The notes: generated from the sequence alone by a model not told the origin. 32,000 nt of DNA from Candidatus Saccharimonadota bacterium (GCA_000503875.1 CP006913.1:510001-542000); one strand, 5' to 3'. Shown: positions 9,501-21,355, counted from the stretch's first letter. Numbers and translations are program-made.

Positions 9501-9652
9501 GCTCCATGAGCGTTCTATCTTTTTGTATATTTTTGTTTACGACTCGTTGATAAGATTCATTACTCAAAATACAAGTAATCCAAGTAAAATACCTCTATAC
9601 AATCGTTAGCACATGTTACAAAAAAACAATTTAATTTTATTGACAAATCAAC

Positions 9653-9678
9653 AAAAAAATCCCGCTTTCACGGGATTT
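9653..9678 (-). terminator. Intrinsic terminator downstream of lemA
   Basis: An 8-bp stem AAATCCCG/CGGGATTT (9657-9664 with 9671-9678). On the minus strand it is followed by a U-run (the A-run at 9653-9659). Confidence 0.7.
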
Positions 9679-9705
9679 ATCTTTAAGTATATTATAATTA
9701 AATAT

Positions 9706-10281
9706 TTAGAATTGTACTTCTGGAGCAATTTCTGCTCATTCTTCTGCATCAAACAAATTAGCTTTTTCAAATCCAAATAATTTAGCAACTATATTTGTTG
9801 GAAAAGAACGTAACATAATATTAAATGATTTAACTACAGTATTATAATTCATTCTTTCTACAGAAATTCTATTTTCTGTACCTTCAAGTTGTACTGTTAA
9901 ATCGCGGAAAGCTTCAATAGATTTTAATTCTGGATAATTTTCAGTAACCATTAATAATCTTCAAAGAGCAGAAGATAATTCTCATTGTGATTTTTGATAC
10001 TGTGCAAGAGCATCAACATCTTTGATATCAATATTGGTTTTTGTAGCATTTGCTCTAGCTTCAACAACAGCAGTCAATACATTTTGTTCTTGAGCAGCAG
10101 CTCATTTTACCGTATTAACCAAATTAGGAATCAAATCAGCTCTTCTTTGATATACATTTTCTACTTGTGACCAAGCTGTTTTAACTGATTCATCACCATT
10201 TACCAATCCATTATATTTGCTTGTCAACCAAAGCCCTAGTACCAATACTACGGCAATAATAATCAATCGTGTCTTTTTCAT
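9706..10281 (-). CDS. lemA: LemA family membrane protein, 191 aa
   Basis: N-terminal TM segment [19 protein letters not shown]. LemA-like stretches [32 protein letters not shown] and [15 protein letters not shown] at 10279-10281 and TAA at 9706-9708. Four in-frame TGAs. Confidence 0.9.
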
Positions 10282-10357
10282 TTACATATTGTACAAAGAA
10301 TAAAATACCATGTAATTATAAATAATAGTCACAACAAATTCAACCAGATTTTTTTTA

Positions 10358-11206
10358 TTAATCTCCTGCTCCTCAACCACCAGAACTTCCTCATCATCAA
10401 CTAAAACCGCCTCAACCAAATCATCATCAACTAAATCCACTACCTCCACGTCATGGCAAAAATCCCGTAAATCCAAATACCAATCATGCAATTATTCAAA
10501 TCAATAATAAGGTACCAAGCCAAACAAGAAGAACAATAACCACACCAATAGCCAAAGGAATTGCTATTTTTTTTACAGATTTAGGAATTTTTTTTTGTTT
10601 AATTAATGAAGCTAAGATAAATCAAAGGATCATACCCAAAATCCAATATCATTCAGATTTTTGTTCTGAAGAAAAACTAATAGTTTTTGATAAGGTAGCT
10701 GCTTCATCCGTATCTATTGCTTCACTACATCTTTCATAAAATATACGAACCGCACCAGCAAAATCGCCACTATTTACTAAAGGACGAATATCATTTTCTA
10801 TAATACGCTTTACCAATGCATCAGGCAAATCTCACTCCAATCCATATCAAACAATAATTCTGATTTTTTTTTCTTCTGTAGATATCAATAACAACAATCC
10901 ATTATTTTTTCACGCCTGCCCTATCTGATTTTCATTAAATAATTTCATTCCTATATCAAACAGTTCATTTCCATTTCTATGAGGAAACAAAACAGCAACA
11001 AGTTGATTCGTAGTGCTAGAATTGTACGCTTCTCATAAGGAAGATAATTGTTGTAACGAAGATTGATCCAATACATTGGAATAATCCATAACATATTGAG
11101 AAATCTTCGGTAAATTCATTGGATCAACAGATGATTGCGCAAAAACAAAACCACTTCCAAAGACAAGAATCACTATTCCCAATAATTTTTTAAAGAAAAC
11201 ATTCAT
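10358..11206 (-). CDS. TPM-domain (YgcG-like) membrane protein with a Gly-rich C-terminal tail, 282 aa
   Basis: Signal peptide MNVFFKKLLGIVILVFGSGFVFAQS. TPM motif IIV-G-YGLE-G-DLPDA with both G encoded by TGA. TM segments are followed by the tail RGGSGFSGGGFGGGGFSGGGGSSGGGGAGD, in which 8 Gly are TGA. LemA is the classic operon partner of TPM-domain proteins. Confidence 0.88.
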
Positions 11207-11235
11207 CAAAGCATAAAGCTAAGAAGTAAAAGTTA

Positions 11236-12591
11236 TTATTCTCCATACCCAGTTTTTCCTGTTTCTACAAATTTCATAGTTTCTTTGTGGAACATAAGTT
11301 CTACTTCACCTACAGGACCATTTCTATTTTTTCTAATACATACATCAGTAAGTCATTTTTTATCGGTGTCAGGATCGTAATAATCTTCTCTATGAAGCAT
11401 CATTACTGCATCTGCGTCTTGTTCAATAGATCCTGATTCTCTCAAATCAGAAAGTTGGGGTTTCTTATCGACTCTCTTTTCTACTTCTCTAGAAAGTTGT
11501 GATAATGCTATTATAGGAATTTCAAGTTCTCTTGCTAATTCTTTTAATCATCTAGATATTTCACCAATTTCTTGTACTCTATTTCCAGAATATCCCGTAG
11601 AACTACCACTCATCAATTGGAGGTAATCGATAATCACTAAATCCAATCATTCTTTGATTTTCAATCTTCTAATTTTTGATTTCAATTGAGGAATAGTCCC
11701 AGATCACTTATCATCTATAAAGATTTTAGTACCAGAAAGATGTTCCATTGCTTCTCCTATATTTGAAAAATCTTCTGATTCTAATCTTCCTTTAGTTATT
11801 TTTGTCATAGAAACACCAGAAACAGTTGAAAGTATTCTGTCTACAATCTGTTCCGCACCCATTTCAAGAGAAAACATAGCAACAGCCTTCTTTTGTTGTA
11901 CAGCAGTATGCTCCAAAATATTGATAGCAAATGCTGTTTTACCCATACTTGGACGAGCTGCAATAATAATTAGCTCTCAAGGTTTAAATCAGCTTAACAT
12001 TTCATCCATATTATGATATCCTGACATAACCTTTTTATCGTTAACTTTTTCTGGATGATCAACAATTTCCATATAATCCTCTACTCTACTATCTAACAAT
12101 TCTTTGATAGAATGCACTTCATCTCACCCTGTATTTTGAGTAAGATCAAAGATTCTTTTTTCAATAGTTTGTAAAATATCAAACGTTTCTTTCTGTTCAT
12201 AAACATCTCCGATAATTCTTTGAGAAACTTTGAGAATATTTCTCAATATAGATTTTTCTTTTACGATTTTTGCATATTCATCCGCAGATGACGAAGTAAG
12301 TAAGAATCCAGATATTTCATACAAATAATCAGTTCCTCCAATAACATCTGAAACTCAATCTTTAGAAAGTTGATCTGCCAAAGTAAGCACATCTATGGTT
12401 TTACGAGCTGCCCAGAGTGTCTTTATTCCTCTAAAGATAAAAGCATGTTCTTTTTGATAAAAATCTTCTGGTGCCAAACCAATTCCTTCACAAATATACA
12501 AAAGTTCAGCATCCATAATAACACCACAAAGAATTCCCTTTTCCGCATCAATATTATGGGGAGGTAATTTAATATCTTCAAGACTAACCAT
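11236..12591 (-). CDS. dnaB: Replicative DNA helicase DnaB, 451 aa
   Basis: N-terminal [14 protein letters not shown]. Walker A region [22 protein letters not shown] with the two G encoded by TGA at 11977-11979 and 11989-11991. Also IIDYLQLM and LSQLSREVE. The whole frame was scanned with no TAA/TAG. ATG at 12589-12591 is chosen over an alternative TTG at 12600. Double TAA stop at 11233-11238. Confidence 0.95.
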
Positions 12592-12675
12592 AGTTCTCAA
12601 TTACAGATAAAATTCGATCAAAATAATTCTAAATCAGACTATATAACATTGAAAACCTTTTTCAAGGGATTTTTC

Positions 12676-12700
12676 AAAAAACACAGTCTAAAACTGTGTT
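12676..12700 (-). terminator. Intrinsic terminator between the nucleotidyltransferase gene and dnaB
   Basis: Stem AACACAGT/ACTGTGTT (12680-12687 with 12693-12700), followed on the minus strand by a U-run. Confidence 0.6.
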
Positions 12701-12733
12701 TCTAACATTTTTTCCACATTTTTTCCCACAAAA

Positions 12734-13633
12734 CTACTCCCATAAATGATCAGGATATTCTTTTTGAGTAATTAATTTTTGAATAGATGAAACAACTTGT
12801 GGTTTATCTTCAGGATACGTTACTCAAAACCAAGAAGAATCATTTGGAATTATTTTACAAATTGATTGATTATTCTTTATTAATTCATCCAAAATAGCAG
12901 GAATATAATATTCTGAAGTAAGTTCTTGACCGTGAGCTTGTAAAAATTTTTTAAATCAGATTTCTATATAATCCAAAATAGATGGCATAAACCCGAAAAA
13001 ATTCATAGAAACTAAGGTATCGGGTGCTAGAGAAAACCATTGATCGTTTTGACCAATATATCAGATTTCTCAATTTTTTGTATGAATATTCTTGGTTTCT
13101 ACTATATCAGAAAGAACATCACCATCAGCGCTACAAATTCCACGGTTTACACTACCAAAGTCAGAAATAGTGTTTTTTAAACGATATCCCACTAATGCAT
13201 AGGTATTTGGATCTTGATTTGTTGTCAAAAATTGACTTAGTTTTGCAAAAGCATCTCTTCCATAAAAATCATCAGCATTAATAGCAGCAAATGGAGCATC
13301 TATAACATCTTTTGCAACAAGCAACGCATGAGCTGTTCACCAAGGTTTAACTCTCCCTTCGGGAACAGAAAATCACAAAGGTAGATTATCCAATTCTTGA
13401 TACACATATTCAACAGGCAAAAACTGCTCAAATCTATTTCAAAAAAACGTCTTAAAGTCTGATTCTATACTTTTACGAATAATAAATACTACCTTCCCAA
13501 AGCCAGTTTTGATTGCATCAAAAACAGAGTAATCAATAATTACTTCTTTGTTTGGACCAATAGGATCTATTTGTTTTAATCATCAGTAACGACTACCCAT
13601 TCCTGCTGCCATAACGACCAAAATTGGTTTCAT
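12734..13633 (-). CDS. Sugar-phosphate nucleotidyltransferase family protein, 299 aa
   Basis: N-terminal AAGMGSRY-G-LKQ. Motif RVKPW-G-TAHA with G encoded by TGA, plus INADDFYG. ATG at 13631-13633 and TAG at 12734-12736. Confidence 0.8.
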
Positions 13634-13664
13634 AGATATATTTTTTGAAATATAAAGAGAAATC

Positions 13665-14531
13665 TTATGCCAATTCCTTTAGTTTCTGTTTAGCTTTTTC
13701 ATTACTTGGTTCATATTCCAATACTCTAAAATAATATTTTTTTGCAGATCAATAATCTTGTAATTCCAAATACAAATCTGCCAAAGTAAGAAGATATGAA
13801 GGTGTTGTTGGTCTAAGTTTTACTATTTTTTCCATCATTTCAACTGCTTCTTTTTTTCTATCAGTGTTATACAATACTTCTACCATACTCACATAATATT
13901 TAGGATTTGATTGATTAATTGATATTGCTTTATCTATAAGCAATTCTGCTGTTTCAAAATCCCCAGTAATGAGATACATTTCTCCTATTTGCCAAATTGC
14001 TTTATGATCTTGTGGATCAATTTCTATAATTTTCTTAAGTAACGAAAGGGCTTTTTTATAGTTTCAAAGATTAAAATAAAAATCAGCCAATAATTTATTC
14101 AGATCTCTATCATTAGGATCAATTGCTAATCATTCTATAATTTTTTTCTCATATTCTTCCAATTTTCATTCTTTTCTAAATACCAAAGCTTCATAGACTA
14201 TTTTCTCTATCATTTTTTTCTTTTTTTTGGAAAATTCTCTATCAACAAGTTCTTCCAGAGAAGGCTTCTCCTGTATTTCTTCTAAAGAATTTTCCTCAGA
14301 TAATTCTTGTTGAGCGGCAGGTACTTCTTCAGATTGATAGGTATTTACTAAATTTTCTTGTAAAATTTCATTTCTAATTTTACTTAATGTTTTTTCACTA
14401 AGTATTTTATTCCAAAAAACAATAATATACTTAGTTACATCCTTAAATAGAAAATAAAAAAGGAATCCCAAAGGAAATACTAATAAGACTATTGTTAATA
14501 CAATCCAAGAAAACACACCAACTTTCAACAT
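13665..14531 (-). CDS. Membrane-anchored TPR-repeat protein, 288 aa
   Basis: N-terminal TM segment VFSWIVLTIVLLVFPLGFLFYFLF, then an acidic linker, then TPR-like repeats (ALSLLKKIIEIDPQDHKAIWQIGEMYL and AVEMMEKIVKLRPTTPSYLLTLADLYL). Track ORFs 13749-13979 and 14166-14531 are in the same frame and joined through TGA. The gap between them was scanned and has no TAA/TAG. Confidence 0.82.
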
Positions 14532-14552
14532 GGTAATATATTTATAAATAAA

Positions 14553-15386
14553 TTACTTTTTTATTGCAGATATAAGAGCAACAGGTACTCTAAAGAATCA
14601 ACCATCTTTTGTTCTTACACTTACATCATTGGTCATAATATTATATGAAGTAACAAAACCACACATTTCACAGTTACTCTTTAGACAAACTTCTGATCCT
14701 TTTGGTGGAAATTTTTTACTTTCTTCAGCATATTGTTCTAATTCATACATCAAACAACACTTTAATTTACCACATCTTCCTTTGAGTTTTTCAATATCTC
14801 TTCATTCGAGGTTTTGAAGTACAATATTTTCTATTTCAATACTTGGAAGCGGTCTTGTGCTCTTACAACAAAGTTGAATTCCATTGCATCCTACAATACA
14901 ATCTGTTGCTGGAGACATTTTTACCATATCTCTTGCGCCAACTTGAAACAAAAATATATTTTTATTCAGAGTTTGTCTAAGTTCTTTTACAAAATCAGAA
15001 AACACATATCTTTCCTCTGCATAAAAATAGAAATAAATTTGATCAGCAAAGACATGGTACCTAGCAGTTACTGGTGTTGACGTAGAAAAATATTTTTTAA
15101 ACATTTTTTTAAACAAAGGGAATATTTGCAAAGAAAATACTTGTTGTTCTTCAAAAAATTTCTTTTCATCACCAGCTAAAATACGATGAAAAATTCCTTT
15201 TCTGTCAGTAGGAACAGTATGTCCTAGAAAAGTTCCAATAGTCAAAGCATTACTACCAGTTTGATCAGTCGTTTCATAAACAATTTTATCTCCAGCTTTT
15301 AAGGAAGACAAAACTTCTTTATCTTTCATTTCCAAAACAACATTCTTATTGGTATACCAATCTAATACATAAGCCATATTTGACAT
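14553..15386 (-). CDS. PSP1 C-terminal domain protein (YaaT/RicT-like), 277 aa
   Basis: Cys-rich PSP1 signature: GCNGIQLCCKS, then a TGA read as Gly, then KGRCGKLKCCLMYE. ATG at 15384-15386 and TAA at 14553-14555. Confidence 0.8.
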
Positions 15387-15442
15387 CAAGTATATAATAA
15401 CAAATAAATTGTGCTAAACTTAAAATATTTATATTCAACACT

Positions 15443-17308
15443 TTATGCAGTATATTCTTTCATTAATGATTCAAATTCTTCCCTTGTTAAGTATTCTTTA
15501 TCCAATAAGAAAACAGAAAGTTTTTCCAAAATAGATTTATTTTTTTTGATAATATCTTTTGATTTTTTATAGCAATCAGACATATATTCATGAATTTTAT
15601 GATCAATACGTTGAGATATTTCTTCACTATACGGTTTAACAAATCTATAATCATCCGGATCGGTTTCTCAATAGAAAATAGTTCCCAAGTCCTCATCCAT
15701 ACCATATTTAGTAAGCATATCTTTAATAATCAATGTAGCTTTTTCAAAATCATTAGATGCTCATGTAGTTATTTCGTCTTTTCCAAAAAATATTTCTTCT
15801 GCTGCTCTTCATCAAAGCAAAGATACAATTTGATCCAAAAATTTAGCTTTAGAATAGAGATTCTTATCTTCTTCAGGTATCATCCAAGTTACTCCCAAAG
15901 CATGACCTCTACGGACAATAGATATTTTTTCTACAGGATCTGTTTGAGGAAGAAAATAAGCAGTTACTGCGTGTCATAATTCATGAAAAGTAACTATTTG
16001 TTTTTCTTTTTCATTCATAGATTTGGTCTTTTTTTCTGGCCCCATAAGAACTTTTTCCAATGCATATTCAAAATCCTGAACTTCAATTTGACTTCTATCT
16101 TCCTTCGCTATTTTCAACGAAGCTTCATTTACAATATTTTCTATATCAGCTCAAACTAAACCACTTGTTCTTTTTCCTAAAGATTCAAGAGATACTTTTG
16201 TATTGATTTTTTTGGATTTAAGATAATAGGTAAATATAGCAACTCTTTCTTCATAAGTTGGTCTAGAAACCATTATCTTTCTATCAAATCTTCCTGCTCT
16301 AAGCAATGCTGGATCCAATATATCAGGCCTATTAGTTGCAGCAATAACAATAATATTGGTTTTATTATCAAATCCATCCATTTCTGTTAAAATTTGATTT
16401 AATGTTTGTTCTTGTTCTTGATGTCAACCAGTATGACCAACTCCTCTTCTTCTTCCTATAGCATCAATTTCATCAATAAAAATAATTGCCCTTCCAACAG
16501 CTTTTGCCTTACCAAAAAGTTCTCTTACTTTTGCTGCTCACATACCAACAAGCATTTCCATAAATTCAGATCCTGAAACACTAAAGAAAGGTACATCAGA
16601 TTCTCCTGCAACTGCTCTAGCAAGAAGTGTTTTACCAGATCATGGTTCTCCAAAAAGCAGTACTCATTTTGGATGTCTTGCTCAAACTTTATGATATTTT
16701 GCCGGATGTTTAAGATAATCAACAACTTCTGATAATTCGTTTTTAACTTCTTCCATACCAGCAACATCAGAAAATTTAGTCTTATTTTTCGTTTTATTAT
16801 CTAATTTACCAACTTTAACATTAAAAGGGAAACCAGCTCATCCCTTTGGCATCATAAATTTAAAAAATATAATAAACACTAAAAAGAACAAGAAGATAGG
16901 ACCTATTTCTTCCATAAATTTTTGTAAATATGATTTTGTAGTATATTGTATATCAACAAGTACAGATCATGTCAAAGAAATTCAAAGATCTGGTAAAGAA
17001 GTATCCATAGGTTTCTTGGTAGCATATACATCAAAAACATGTTCTGTATATGTTTTATTCATACTCATCAATGAAGTATTGGTACCAGAAGAGACAAATG
17101 TGTATCCCATTAAGTCAACACCATCTTTTAATTCTATTTTTGAAAAATCTCCTGCTGTATAATGATCAAGAAAATTATTTAAAGAAACTTCTTCTTGTTT
17201 TTGAACAACTTGAACAATATCTGATGTTACATCATAATTTTTATAAAGCTGTAATAATCAGCTTACAATAAGGGCAAAAAAGATAAAAAAGAGTATTCAT
17301 TTTTTCAT
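15443..17308 (-). CDS. ftsH: ATP-dependent zinc metalloprotease FtsH, 621 aa
   Basis: N-terminal TM segments. Walker A GEP-G-SGKT (TGA at 16640-16642), [29 protein letters not shown], zinc site HEL-G-HA (TGA at 15974-15976), LL-GG-RAAEE (two TGAs at 15809-15814) and TT-G-ASNDF. The whole frame was scanned with no TAA/TAG. Confidence 0.96.
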
Positions 17309-17423
17309 ATATCAAAGAATAGATAATAAAGCATCATGCAAAAGTTAACTATACAAAAAAGAATAAAAAAAGCAATTCAAAAAGAGAATTTGATTTATAA
17401 GAAAAAATATATACACTACCGGT

Positions 17424-19487
17424 ATGACAACATTGAAAGAACAATTAAAAACAACAGGTAAATACAGTACTATTTTGGAGAATAATGGAATAAAAAGCAT
17501 TAAAGAGCTTCTCCAATATTTTCCTAGAAGTTACGAAGATAGAAGCTTTATACAACCATTATCAGAATTAGTACTTAATGAAAAATGAATAGCTACAACA
17601 AAAGGAAAGATCATTGAAAAGAAGTTTTCTCCAAGAAGAGGAAGAAAAGTATACGAATATACATTTACAGATGAACAAGGCCAATTAGGTCAAATAAGTA
17701 TATTTAATTCTTGATACCTAGCAAGTAAAATAAAAGAAGGTGAACGATATATCATTATTGGAAAACCATTTTTTAAATGAGGAAAAGCATTTTTTAATCA
17801 ACCTGAAATAATTCCAACAACCGATACATCAGAATGACAATCAATAATTCCAAATATGGGCAGAATTTATCCTATATATTCAGAACTTTATGGTATTAGA
17901 CCAGCTTGGTTTGTAGAAAAAATATGGACAGTATTGGATAAAATAGAAGATCTTTTTGATGAGCATCTACCCATAGAATTTCTCAAAGAATATAATCTTT
18001 TGGGGGTCAAAGAAACACTAAAAAACATTCATTTTCCAGAAAATTATGATCTGCAAAAAGCAGCATTACAAAGAATATTTTTTGATAGATTACTTAGGGT
18101 ACAATTACATTCTCTTCTCCAAAAAGAAGAATATGAAAAAAAATCATTAAAAAGATTTGATGAATCTGATCCTCGCCGAGAAATCATCAAAACATTTATA
18201 GATAAACTTCCTTTTACATTAACTAATGCTCAAAAAAAAGTAGTAAAAAACTGTATAGAATCAATTCACGATAAAAAACCCATGATGGCACTTCTTCAAT
18301 GAGATGTAGGAAGTGGAAAAACTATTGTAGCTGCGATCATAGCATATTATATGTATACACTCAAGAATAAACAAAGTATATTTGTAGCGCCTTTAGAGGT
18401 TTTAGCAAATCAGCATCACAAAACCTTAGCAAAATTATTTCTTCCTTTAGGGATACGTAACGAACTCCTGACTTGATCTACACCAAAATCCGAAAAAGAA
18501 AGAATAAAAAATGATATCAGAGAAGGAAGAATACCAATTATTATAGGGACACACGCTCTTTTACAAGAAGATGTTGGTTTTCATGATCTTTGATTTGTTG
18601 TAATAGATGAACAACATAAATTCTGAGTAAGACAAAGAGCTGTTTTCAAGAAATTTGGAAATCCCGATATCTTACAAATGAGTGCAACACCAATTCCAAG
18701 ATCAATGGCACTAGCCTTTTTTTGAGAATTTGATGTCCATATTATTGATGAACTTCCCAAGGGAAGACAACCAATTAGTACAAAAATAATTTCCGAAAAT
18801 GAATATATAAAACTCAAACCACGAATCCTTTCTAAAATCAATGAAGGACAAAAAGTTTTTGTAGTAACTCCCCTTGTAGAAGAATCAGAAAAATTAGAAG
18901 AAGTAAAAGCAGCCACTTCTGAATACAGAGAAATTCAAGAAATTTTCCCAGAATTAAAAGGAAAAATAGGTCTGATTCACGGAAAAATGAATTCAAAAGA
19001 TAAAGAAGAGACTATGACAAAATTCAAAAACGGAAATTATTGTCTACTTGTGTCGACAACAGTGATAGAAGTAGGTGTTGATATACCAGAAGCCACAATA
19101 ATGATTATCAAAAATTCAGAAAGATTTTGACTATCTCAACTCCACCAATTAAGATGAAGAATTGGAAGATCGGACATTAAGTCATATTGTTTTTTAGAAA
19201 CCAAGAAGAAGACAGGTGATAGTTACAAAAGATTGCAAGCTATGGAAGAAACCAATGATTGATTTAAATTAGCAGAATTAGATCTCAAAAATCGTTGACC
19301 TTGAGAAATACTTTGAACCATGCAATCATGACAAACAGATATTCCTATCGAAATATTGTCTGATTTAAAATTTATTGAAAAAGTACAGGAAGGAGCTAAA
19401 TGGCTACTAGAACATTATCCCAAACTAAAATGATTAGATAAATTGAAAATATATTTAGAAGAAAAAATAGGAGATATTTTGGCGTAA
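17424..19487 (+). CDS. recG: ATP-dependent DNA helicase RecG, 687 aa
   Basis: The whole frame was scanned: 17 in-frame TGA and 0 TAA/TAG. Motifs LLQ-G-DVGSGKT, VIDEQHKF-G-V, QMSATPIPRS, ERF-G-LSQLHQLR-G-RIGR and NR-G-P-G-EIL-G-TMQS-G. TAA stop at 19485-19487. Confidence 0.96.
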
Positions 19488-19488
19488 T

Positions 19489-20412
19489 TTATTTTTGATT
19501 TAGAGAAACTTGAGGTGATTCTTTTATTGTAAGTGGTTCTTTATGTGCGAGCGCTTTAGAATCTTTGTCTAACTTTTTATATAAAGTAAGTAATTGTATC
19601 TGAACAAGTGATTTAATGTATTCAGAAGAATATCCAGAGTTAGGATTAAAAAACATTTGGACAGTTATCTTTGCTTTTTTATCATCAAAACTATCGAGTA
19701 ATACTTGTGTATATTCTTTATTGAGAATAAATGGAAATGCATTTACTGTTTGGAGTGTCTCTTGAATAACCAAAGGAATATCAAGGTTTACATCTACAAC
19801 AACATCTGCCTCTATTCTCAAAAATTCTTCTGCACTATATGTTTTAACAGCTTTTCTAAGAAACGTTGAATTAGGAATAATAACCCTCCTCATATCAAAT
19901 GTTCTAATCATAATATTTTTCATATTAATTTCTTCAATAATTCCAAATACATCACCTTCCATTCTTAATTGAACAATATTTCATATTTTATATTCAGACG
20001 TAGAAAAAATCATTACTCATGAAATCATATTAGAAAGGGTCTGTCTAAAGGCAAAACCGACTCATATAGTAATTCATGACATCAATAATTTAATATCTAT
20101 ACCAGCTATCGTAAAAGCAATATAGATAGAAAGAAATGACATAAGATAGAAAATCAAGTCTCAAATAAGGATTCCCATTTTTTTTGGAGCGACTCAATCT
20201 TTAACAGCAAAATTCTTTGTAATTCTATTTCTTACAAAGATTGATAATATTTTTGATATCGTAATAAGTCAAAAAGAAAGTGCTAACGCAAATATCAATG
20301 CTAAAAATCAATGAATATAAGGATTTTCATAAATATTTTCCAAAAAAGAAACAGAGGTTTCTACTGTTGTTTGACCTAATTGTTGTGCTTGACCAACTAT
20401 TCCGGCAGCCAT
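19489..20412 (-). CDS. Small-conductance mechanosensitive channel (MscS family), 307 aa
   Basis: TM-rich N-terminal half, then the MscS beta-domain pattern GDVFGIIEEINMKNIMIRTFDMRRVIIPNS. The frame was scanned with no TAA/TAG. An alternative upstream ATG exists at 20437-20439. The TAA stop at 19489-19491 lies 1 nt from the recG stop (convergent). Confidence 0.85.
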
Positions 20413-20548
20413 ACTATTAGAAATAGAATAAAAGTACATACATAAATTATACCCTCTTTTCTAGAAAAATGCAAATTTTCCTTTATTTTTTTTAATAATA
20501 GGTAAAATTTATAAACAAATTTTAGATAATTTTTTTGAAAACAATAAA

Positions 20549-21241
20549 TTATGTGGTAATCTTCCAATTTATAGGCTGTTTTCATTGTGAAATAAGAAAA
20601 TTATTTGTTTGAGAAAAATGTTTACACCCAAAAAATCATCTATAAGATGAAAACGGTGAAGGATGCGCAGCCTGCAACACGAGATGTTTCTCTTGATCAA
20701 TCAACCCGATTTTTCCCTGCGCATATGCTCACCAAAGCAAAAATACTACTCATTTTTTTTCATCAGATATTTTTTTAATAACAGCATCAGTAAATTGTTG
20801 CCATCCAGCATCCTTATGCGAATTTGGGGTATCTTTTCTCACCGTTAACGTAGCGTTCAAAAGGAAAACACCCTGCTTTGCCCAAGAAATCAAATTTCCA
20901 GAAACAGGAATAACAAAACCAGGAATATCTGTCAGTAATTCTTTGAAAATATTTTTAAGTGAAGGGGGAACTCTTACACCATCTTGCACAGAGAAACAAA
21001 GTCCATGAGCCTCCCCCTCTCCATGATACGGGTCTTGTCATAAAATAACTATTTTTACATCATCAAAAGGAGTCTGATTAAATGCATTAAATATATCAGA
21101 TCATTTAGGAAAAACTATATTTCATGCAAGTTTTTCTTGTTCTAGAAATTGTTTAATTTGTTCAAAATACGGCTTCTGAAATTCATCACGAAGAATATTT
21201 TTCCAAGAAGAATGTATTTGTATAGCAGCAATATCGATCAT
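20549..21241 (-). CDS. ung: Uracil-DNA glycosylase, 230 aa
   Basis: IL-G-QDPYHG (TGA at 21038-21040), [35 protein letters not shown] and [10 protein letters not shown]. The C-terminus reads FLISQ-G-KQPINW. TAA stop at 20549-20551. Confidence 0.95.
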
Positions 21242-21302
21242 AAAAAATTATTATTCATAAAAAATCAACAATACAACATTAATAATCTGTTTTTTTTTTA
21301 CA

Positions 21303-21344
21303 ACAAAAAAAAGATAGACATCCATATTTAGGAATGCCTATCTT
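21303..21344 (-). terminator. Probable terminator downstream of the DUF378 gene
   Basis: Stem AAGATAG/CTATCTT (21311-21317 with 21338-21344) with a large 20-nt loop. On the minus strand it is followed by about 8 U. Confidence 0.4.
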
Positions 21345-21355
21345 AATCTAATTAT

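Larger units (their letters stand above)
9213..9600. ncRNA. Candidate structured non-coding RNA locus. Identity and strand are unresolved.
   Basis: About 600 nt of non-coding space. The only track ORF here (9334-9609) has an implausible low-complexity product. Local GC enrichment is visible, for example gtaacgcgcgccac. Nested helices are present: 9337-9345 pairs with 9375-9383 (9 bp including one G-U on the plus strand), enclosing hairpin 9350-9370. Terminator-like hairpins occur at 9218-9248, 9269-9300 and 9467-9500. Confidence 0.3.

Noticed and set aside
9213-9600. Assigning the non-coding locus specifically to tmRNA, SRP RNA or 6S RNA
   Set aside because: I found no GGTTCGA-type T arm, no paired 5'/3' acceptor-like ends, no plausible Ala-rich tag ORF, and no GNRA-capped domain IV motif by eye. 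It is kept only as an unclassified candidate pending covariance-model searches.
9334-9609. Track ORF of 91 aa on the plus strand in the S2-lemA gap
   Set aside because: The product is low-complexity and implausible. The ORF overlaps the GC-rich hairpin region, which is better explained as structured RNA or intergenic sequence. No start context or homology is recognisable.
10282-10491. Track ORF encoding an acidic DDDLVEAVLVDDEE peptide
   Set aside because: It is an out-of-frame reading, on the same strand, of the DNA that encodes the TPM Gly-rich tail, plus the intergenic spacer. The in-frame reading with TGA = Gly gives the canonical YgcG tail.
15590-15979. 129-aa plus-strand ORF, with similar antisense ORFs at 14814-15080, 12370-12567, 17050-17271 and 18581-18916
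   Set aside because: They lie antisense inside ftsH, the PSP1 gene, dnaB and recG, whose frames carry strong conserved motifs. Their products are low-complexity, as expected for antisense frames in AT-rich coding DNA.
16525-16767. 80-aa minus-strand ORF inside ftsH
   Set aside because: It is the wrong frame. The correct frame across the same bases encodes the FtsH Walker A region ([17 protein letters not shown]) and runs without TAA/TAG from 17308 to 15443.
19485-19491. recG and mscS stop codons 1 nt apart with no terminator in between
   Set aside because: This is simply tight convergent packing typical of a reduced genome. I see no hairpin and no evidence of functional overlap.
20397-21331. 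Short track ORFs at 20397-20585, 20663-20848 and 21149-21331
   Set aside because: They overlap the mscS start region, ung (antisense) and the ung upstream region. The products are Phe/Ile/Lys low-complexity. ung in its own frame accounts for the coding signal.
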